Of a stretch of DNA of 64,000 nucleotides, positions 21,182 through 28,071 are shown one piece after another (the stretch's first letter is position 1; each line of letters starts with the position of its first letter). Source of the DNA: Bacteroidales bacterium (lineage in GTDB: Bacteria > Bacteroidota > Bacteroidia > Bacteroidales > UBA4417); the NCBI GenBank assembly GCA_038237165.1, contig JBBRYZ010000001.1, forward strand, positions 30,199 to 94,198. The letters run 5' to 3'. A model generated the notes under the pieces. The model made no database searches, was not told the DNA's origin, and saw nothing but the letters and a program-made list of their open reading frames with translations. The position numbers were made by a program, and so were the translations under genes.

Positions 21182-21892
21182 ACTGTAGATAAAGCAGATA
21201 TTAAGCCCGAAGCAAAATCTGAGACACCGCCTGATTCCGATAGCAAACCGGAAGATAAAACAGACAAGCCTGAGGGTAAAAAGGATGCTGAAACTAATGA
21301 TAAAAGAGAAACGAAACCTGAAACGAAATCTGAGACACCAGCTGATTCCGATAGCAAACCGGAATATAAAACAGACAAGCCTGAGGATAATAAGGATGCT
21401 GAAACTAATGATAAAAGAGAAACGAAACCTGAAACGAAATCTGAGACACCAGCTGATTCCGATAGCAAACCGGAAGATAAAACAGACAAGTCAGAGGATA
21501 AAAAGGATACTGAAACTAAAGATAAATCTGAAACGAAACCTGAAACGAAATCTGAGACACCATCTGATTTCGATATTAAACCTGGAGATAAAGCATACAA
21601 GTCTGAAGACAAAACAAAGAATAAAACTGAAGATAAAGCAGATACTAAGCCTGAAAGCAAACCCGAACCTTATACCAAAGTCAAAACTACAACAGATTTA
21701 ACCCCTGGTATGGTTAAGCGTGTCCATGAACTTTATGAGGAACTGGGGCGTAAGGATGTTCAGGCGGTTGAAGAATTGGAAAATGAGGAACGTGGTAATA
21801 GTGAAGATGAAGCCAAAACCGGACTTAAGCCTGATGCCAATGAAAAGCATGAAAAGGAAAAGGATATTCCGAAAGATAAGACTGATAAGTAA
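21182..21892 (+). other. Open in-frame continuation of the ATPase reading frame (237 codons, K/E/D/T/P-rich, then a helical acidic tail)
   Basis: I translated every codon from 21182 in the ATPase frame. There is no stop until the TAA at 21890-21892, and no ATG/GTG/TTG until the ATG at 21710. This is either a severed C-terminal tail, a read-through extension, or a small ORF 21710..21892. Confidence 0.6.
21206..21615 (+). repeat. 111-bp (37-codon) tandem repeat, ~3.7 copies
   Basis: Unit starts (ggatgctgaaactaat...) at 21283 and 21394, a diverged one at 21505, and a partial copy at 21206-21282. Copies 2 and 3 are nearly identical. Confidence 0.9.
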
Positions 21893-21947
21893 ATCCAATC
21901 AATTCATTGACAATTAATCATTCACACCAATAATATAACAACTGGTT

Positions 21948-22796
21948 ATGAACTACACGAAAAAATTCCTTATAAAACCAGAAAGCCATGTTCAGCTCAA
22001 GGATTTTGATCCGGGCTATGATGGCAAACACGAAAAGAAAAAATCAGCCATTCAGAAGTTGGAGAAACTTCAAAATCAGATGGTTGAACTGCAATACAAG
22101 CTTTTTGTTGAACATAAACAGTCATTGTTAATAATACTTCAGGCTCTTAATGCCGGTGGCAAGGATGGTGTCGTGCGGCATGTTATAAGCTCAATGAACC
22201 CGCAAGGTTGCCGCGTAATTAGCTTTAAGCAACCAATACCTGAGGAACTCGATCATGATTTTTTGTGGCGGATTGAAAGCCAGGTTCCAAAGCCCGGGGA
22301 AGTCGTTATTTTTAACCGGTCACAATACGAAGATGTACTTATTGCCCGTGTTCACAACCTTGTTCCTAAAGCAGTTTGGTCAAAGCGCTACGAAATGATC
22401 AATGAATTCGAGCAAAAGCTTGTGGCTAATGGCACCCATATTTTAAAATTCTTCCTTCACATCAGCAAGGAGGAACAGCTCGATCGCTTTAAAAAGCGAC
22501 TTGATGATCCGTCAAAACAGTGGAAAATAAGTGAAGCAGACTATTCGGAAAGGAAATATTGGGCTGAATATGAATCGGCATACGAGGATGTACTTAATAA
22601 ATGCAGCGCCAATGATTCTCCCTGGTTTATCATTCCCTCCGATCATAAATGGTTCCGCGACCTTGCAATAGCGCAAATCATTGTAAAAACAATGGAAAAA
22701 TTAAACATTGAGCTACCGGAACCGACCGTAAATATCGCCGACATCCGGAAAAAATATCATGAAACTGCCGTAAAGAATAAAAAAGCAAAAAAATAA
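21948..22796 (+). CDS. ppk2: Polyphosphate kinase 2 (PPK2) family protein
   Basis: 282-aa ORF with a Walker-A-like ALNAGGKDG, FNRSQYEDV and the lid region typical of single-domain PPK2. Confidence 0.85.
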   Translation: MNYTKKFLIKPESHVQLKDFDPGYDGKHEKKKSAIQKLEKLQNQMVELQYKLFVEHKQSLLIILQALNAGGKDGVVRHVISSMNPQGCRVISFKQPIPEELDHDFLWRIESQVPKPGEVVIFNRSQYEDVLIARVHNLVPKAVWSKRYEMINEFEQKLVANGTHILKFFLHISKEEQLDRFKKRLDDPSKQWKISEADYSERKYWAEYESAYEDVLNKCSANDSPWFIIPSDHKWFRDLAIAQIIVKTMEKLNIELPEPTVNIADIRKKYHETAVKNKKAKK

Positions 22797-22819
22797 GAAA
22801 TGTGAATATAAGAAGTGAA

Positions 22820-23293
22820 CTATTTATATCCCTTATTACTTTCAAGGATTGATTTAGCTTTACTTATATCCTCTTGATTTCCATGAACAATGACCTTAAA
22901 ACCTTTTTCCTCAATATGTTCACGGTATTTTAACACTGTCCTTGTTTTGATTAGGAAAATAGCAATGAGACTAATAATACCTCCACCTGCAATGCCAAAA
23001 GAAAACCCGGCTATTGCGCCTATCCCGGCACCTACTCCGAAAAGAAATCCCAGTCCGGGAATTTCAAATAGTTTCGCCCCGGTGAGCATTCCCATAATTG
23101 GTCCAAGGATAGCTCCAATAATTGCCGGAACATTCTTTATCCAACTATTACTTTTTGAACGCATCAAGTCATCAATGATAGCCGCTTTCCCAATAAGGGA
23201 AAGCTGTTGAACCGGGAAGCCAGCGCGTTTTAGCGCTTCAACTACTTCGATTGCTTTCTCGTGGGTATCGTATACCCCTATCGTTGCATTCAT
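22820..23293 (-). CDS. General-stress-type protein (GSP17M/YflT-like domain) with glycine-zipper membrane segment
   Basis: The N-terminal GVYDTHEKAIEVVEALKRAGF...LSLIGK resembles the YflT/GSP17M-like domain. The central G-rich hydrophobic region (GAILGPIMGMLTGA...GVGAGIGAIAG) looks like a glycine zipper. Confidence 0.55.
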   Translation of the reverse strand: MNATIGVYDTHEKAIEVVEALKRAGFPVQQLSLIGKAAIIDDLMRSKSNSWIKNVPAIIGAILGPIMGMLTGAKLFEIPGLGFLFGVGAGIGAIAGFSFGIAGGGIISLIAIFLIKTRTVLKYREHIEEKGFKVIVHGNQEDISKAKSILESNKGYK

Positions 23294-23990
23294 CTTGTCC
23301 GTTATTTAATTTATGTAAAGATAACCTATATTTTGGATGAACTTGTATCAACAAAATATAAAAATCCTCCTCACACTTTTAATAAATTTGCATTTGCATT
23401 CAGGACTGGAAATATATTTTCACTAAAACAAACTTAAATTAAATCTTACATTAGGGACATAAATATGACACTTGATTTAAGATTACATGAAATAACCTCC
23501 GCCACAGCGGGGCAAGCTATGATTAGTATAAACTTAGCAAATCAATCTCACGAACACTTTTTAAATAAGCAAATTGTGAATAATCACCAACTAAAAATGA
23601 TATTATGACCAATCTGGCGAACCTTTAGCTCACGAATACCCATAAAAAATAAGCAATGAATGAGTAACACCATCACAATAAATAGGGACAGGTGCTGACC
23701 CGTAAAAATAAATAATAACAGATGAAATATAATAAATGCCTGGCTATTATAGCACCTGGTTGTATTGCGGGTTTGCGTGAACGTTGAAACATGTGTCAGC
23801 TATGGATCTCAACGATTCCGGTATAATATAGTCAGCGAGACAGAATTTTCTATGCTTATCGATTGAAATAAGGTTCTAATCCTAAAACTAAGCTATACCA
23901 TTTTTTTGCTCTTTCGTGGTCGTCAGCGTAAAAGTTGATTGTTGAAAGTCCGCACAATTGTATTTTATTCATATTCAATCTGTTGGTTGT

Positions 23991-24455
23991 TTATCCTCGC
24001 GAAAACATTTTAGTCAGTCTTGTTTGCATTTCCTCTGCACTTACATCTTCTATATGGGTTGTAATCATCCATTTATATCCGAAAGGATCCATCACTTGTC
24101 CAACGCGGTCGCCATAAAATTCATCTTTCACAGGCGTTATTATTTTTGCTCCTGCTTCAATTGCTTTCTGAAATGATTTGTCAACATCTGCTACATATAA
24201 TCCAAAAGTCATAGGATTACCACCAAGTGTTTGAGGACTTTTCGTTCCCCAATCAGGATTTTCCTCAGCCATCATCAATAATGAACCTTCGATTTCCAGT
24301 TCTGCGTGTCCAATAGTTCCATTGGGCATAAGTAACCGGAGTTTTTCTTTTGCATCAAATGCTTTTTTGTAAAATTCAATTGCTTCGCTACAACCTTTAA
24401 TATTTATGTAAGCATTTAAGGTATTTGCTCCCTGGTAAATGTGTGCAGTTTTCAT
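23991..24455 (-). CDS. VOC (glyoxalase/bleomycin-resistance, PhnB-like) family protein
   Basis: 154-aa ORF. AIEFYKKAF, the HAELEI segment and FYGDR.G...DPFG..W are typical of PhnB-like VOC proteins. Confidence 0.75.
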   Translation of the reverse strand: MKTAHIYQGANTLNAYINIKGCSEAIEFYKKAFDAKEKLRLLMPNGTIGHAELEIEGSLLMMAEENPDWGTKSPQTLGGNPMTFGLYVADVDKSFQKAIEAGAKIITPVKDEFYGDRVGQVMDPFGYKWMITTHIEDVSAEEMQTRLTKMFSRG

Positions 24456-24620
24456 ATTTGTGTTTTTAAAATTATTTGCCTGAATTTACAATTAGTGTGA
24501 TTAGTCGTGAACACTATGTTTTGGTATCGGAACTATTTTAGCAACTAAAAATACTGCCGGTAACAGAATCACTAAAGCGCCATTTTGCCAAACTGATGTC
24601 AGGCGTTCGTTGTTTTCTGC

Positions 24621-25058
24621 TTATACTTTTCCGTTATATTTTGGGTCAAAATCCACAATCCATTCGATACCGTATTTGTCTCTGAACATCCCGAAATAGG
24701 AACCCCAGGGACTGTCGCCAATAGGCGCTTCAATTGTACCGCCTGCTGAAAGTCCTTTAAATAACTTGTCGGCTTCTTCACGACTTTCTGCGCTAACAGA
24801 TATTTTAGATCTGTTTTCATTTTCATTTACTACACCCATACTTTCCGGAACATCATTGCCCATTAAAACATTTTTGCCAATAGGCAAAGCAATGTGCATT
24901 ATTTTATTTGCATCATTTTTTGCTACCGGAAATTCAGGACTTGACATTTCTTTGAAACGTATAATCAGTGCGAACTCTCCGCCAAATACTGATTTGTAAA
25001 AATTGAATGCTTCTTCAGCATTTCCGTTAAAGTTAATGTAAGGATTGATGAGTGCCAT
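24621..25058 (-). CDS. VOC family protein (PhnB/YjdN-like)
   Basis: 145-aa ORF with PYINFNGNAEEAFNFYKSVFGG and a C-terminal F.DKYGI.W pattern. Confidence 0.75.
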   Translation of the reverse strand: MALINPYINFNGNAEEAFNFYKSVFGGEFALIIRFKEMSSPEFPVAKNDANKIMHIALPIGKNVLMGNDVPESMGVVNENENRSKISVSAESREEADKLFKGLSAGGTIEAPIGDSPWGSYFGMFRDKYGIEWIVDFDPKYNGKV

Positions 25059-25069
25059 AATTTTTGTTT

Positions 25070-25360
25070 TTAAGTTGTTTTTGTTAGTCTATATTTTTCA
25101 GGTTTGGATTTGGTTCGCTCAATAATCATTCTTGCTTCCAAATCAAGTTTTACGGTTTCGCCATACCATTGAACTCCTCCGTCAAAGCTGTCTTTTACTT
25201 TGGCATACAATTCTTCCATAAGTTCAATATGAGTTGGCTCAAGATAAGTTAAGATGAACAAAATGTTTTCTTTAATTACTTCATATTTTTTCAATAATAT
25301 CCGCTTATTCGTTTTGTCCGAAATTGGATGCATCGTTTGTATATATTCACTTTTCTTCAT
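25070..25360 (-). CDS. Hypothetical protein
   Basis: 96-aa ORF, tightly spaced with the VOC gene. No family recognised. Confidence 0.45.
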   Translation of the reverse strand: MKKSEYIQTMHPISDKTNKRILLKKYEVIKENILFILTYLEPTHIELMEELYAKVKDSFDGGVQWYGETVKLDLEARMIIERTKSKPEKYRLTKTT

Positions 25361-25648
25361 TTTTCTTAATCTTTATTTTTTAAGTTGTTTTGTTATTTCT
25401 TATTCCAAATATCTGAGTGCAGGTTGCGCACTACAATTTCGCATAACATCAGTATACAATAAGAATAAAGAGTTAATTTCAGCAGAAAAGCAGAAAGCAT
25501 ATATCAATTGACCGTACAGAGTTTTTAAAAGTCTGTAGAGTTAAGCTTAATCGTTTGATAATGAGAAAAAACATCGGATAATTTAAAATGTTCATCCTTA
25601 ACATAAAAATAACAATAAATTTTATTAAACCCAACAATCCTTCTTTAT

Positions 25649-25885
25649 TTACACTATTTCAGTCTCCAGCAGCATTAATGATTCTTCCATACCTTCATCA
25701 ACCAAATGTCCGATAACACTGATTTCGGTTTTTTCGATTAGCAATTCTTCGCACGACGGACTTTTAAAAATAACTATTATCGCTCTTGCGCTTCCTTTAT
25801 AATTAGTGATGGCCGAAATATAATACTGATCCTCACCTACCCCGGTTGATACTACTTTATAATCTGTAAGTAAAAATGTATTCAT
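25649..25885 (-). CDS. Hypothetical small protein
   Basis: 78-aa ORF immediately downstream of the RM pseudogene. No recognisable motif. Confidence 0.3.
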   Translation of the reverse strand: MNTFLLTDYKVVSTGVGEDQYYISAITNYKGSARAIIVIFKSPSCEELLIEKTEISVIGHLVDEGMEESLMLLETEIV

Positions 25886-27576
25886 CGGTTAAGTGTTAGA
25901 ATTGTATATCTGTGTAGCTCCTTTTTTCTTATTAATTTCCGAAACCTACTGTTATATTATTTTACTTTTCAATTTCAATAAGCCTCAAGAGCTGTGCACC
26001 GACTGGAGCTCCAACGACTCCAGATGCATTATTGCCATCCACTATCTTTATCTCTTCCTCCGTTAACTCATATAACTCATAAACCATCTTGTCAATTTCC
26101 TTATCCGTATTATCAATCTGTGCCTTTATTTGCTGAGCTATGGCACATTCCTGCATAAAGTAAACTTCCCATTCCGCTTCCTCGCTAAAGCTGAGTTTTA
26201 CTTTCTTTTTGGTGAGCACTGTTATAAATTCTTTATAGGTAAGCAGGTACCAGTTTTGCAGTTTATTTTGCAATGGCAATGGAGCCAGCGGGGCATGCTC
26301 CGCTGTCTCCATTGTCGAAAAGAATTTGCGCTGGATGGTGCGCTGGAATTTGCCTGATACTTCCTGCAGTTGTTTGTTGAGGGAAAGCATTAGGTCGGCT
26401 TTTCCAATAAAAGGTTGTTGATTAAAAAGTGAAATTTCCTTGATAGGAAATTTCCTTAGATCAACTAAAATAATCTTCGGAAACAACTTTCTAACAGATT
26501 TAGCAGTATTTTTCATGAAATAGTATGATAGTAGGCTACTATTAATGATTGTTAGAATATATTTTAAAGATATATCTGAATTTTCCTTTTCCAATATTGC
26601 AATATTACTTCTGTTATATAAATACAATTCATCAGTGTAGGTGGAAATTAAACATTTTGGGTAATTCCTTGTGATCTCCTTAACTATAATTTTCTTTCCA
26701 TCAAAAAGATTAAATGTTCTTGGTTCTGCTAGGTTATTGCCATACTTCAAATACAAACCCGGCCAATTTGTAAAATAGCGACCGACATCCTTGCCATCTA
26801 AATAATTGTGTGTATTTTTCATCTAATTTAAAATTAGAATCATAAGGTCTATTAATTACATCTTCAGCTGTATGTATTGGATCACCTTTGCCTTTTTCAT
26901 ATGCTTGTAACCCTGCTTTTATTTCTACAAGATTATTTAAGAACTCAGAATTAACTGCTATTTTGTAATTCAATTCATCTGCTTCATCATCTAAAAATAC
27001 TTTAAATTCAAAACCTTGATTATTGCGGAATTCTTGCTGATTCTTAGAGTGCGAAAGGTAAAATTCATAACCATTATTCATAAATATATCAACCTTGTTA
27101 TCAATTTTAATGTTTTCATTTTCGGCTGTAAGAATCACAGTTTCCACATTAACACCTTCAAAAGAGAATCCTTTCAGATTTATAATTTGATTCAACTTAC
27201 AATTCTCAAGAAGAAAACTTCTTAAGTCTTCTCCTGAATAAACCATCAGCCAAGCATTCGGTATTATTAATCCAAATTTTCCTTTCACTTTTAGTAGATG
27301 CACTTTTAGTAGATGCACGGCCTTTTCTATGAATAATAAATATGTATTTAGTTGATATTTAGCAGATTCATAATTATCTATAAAAAACCTTTTTTCTACC
27401 ATATTAAAATTGTCTCTTGCAAAAACATACGGCGGATTTCCAACCACCACATCAAAGCCACCCTTATATTCAGTGCGGAAAGCATGCTCAACAGTGCAGT
27501 AGAAGTCTGCGATAAAGGAGCTTGCTCCTTTGAAAACGGAATCGGGCACATTGGCACTAGTACTCCTGTGCCCGAG

Positions 27577-28071
27577 TTCCGGCAAACCGTGCTTTATCCT
27601 GTTATTCTGTATGTAATTTATAGTATTGTTCAGTTGCTCTTCGGTGGTAATTTTTTTTTGTCCGAATTTCTGTGTCCACAGGTGATTTTGAGTAGCTCCT
27701 CTTCCATGCGCAGGAGCATGCTCCTGCTCCTGCATGTGCGCTGCCGAGGGAGCATGCTCCCTCGTTCCGCTCGTAGCGACGGGGATAGTCCTGCCCATGG
27801 CGATATTGCAGGCACGGGCGCTCATACTTTTTATCTTCTGCACTATAGGTACCAATTCCACATCTACGCATACCAACGCAAGGTGCATATGGTCGCTACA
27901 AATATTGTAGGCAAGTATATTCAGATTATCCTTTTTAACAATATCAGCAACAACAGTGGTTACTATTTCCTCCTCTTCGGCCGACAACCACACGGGTACT
28001 TCTAACTTCACGAAATTATCGAACATACGCTGCGAATACCTCGAATTATGTGTTGCAGTAGTAATATGCCA
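27577..28071 (-). mobile_element. IS200/RAYT-like HUH (Y1) transposase domain embedded in-frame in the RM ORF
   Basis: Residues WHITT...(HUH = H-M-H, codons 27883-27891)...HLWTQKF...NYIQNNRIKHGL (Tyr codon 27613-27615). The domain lies between the MTase segments EFPQVF and GGFDVVVGNPPY, with no stop codons and in the same frame. Confidence 0.7.
27710..27763. repeat. Pair of perfect 18-bp GC-rich palindromes (GCAGGAGCATGCTCCTGC and GAGGGAGCATGCTCCCTC)
   Basis: Read directly at 27710-27727 and 27746-27763. Related imperfect copies are at 27514-27531 and 26288-26303. Local GC is far above the surrounding AT-rich gene. Confidence 0.9.
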
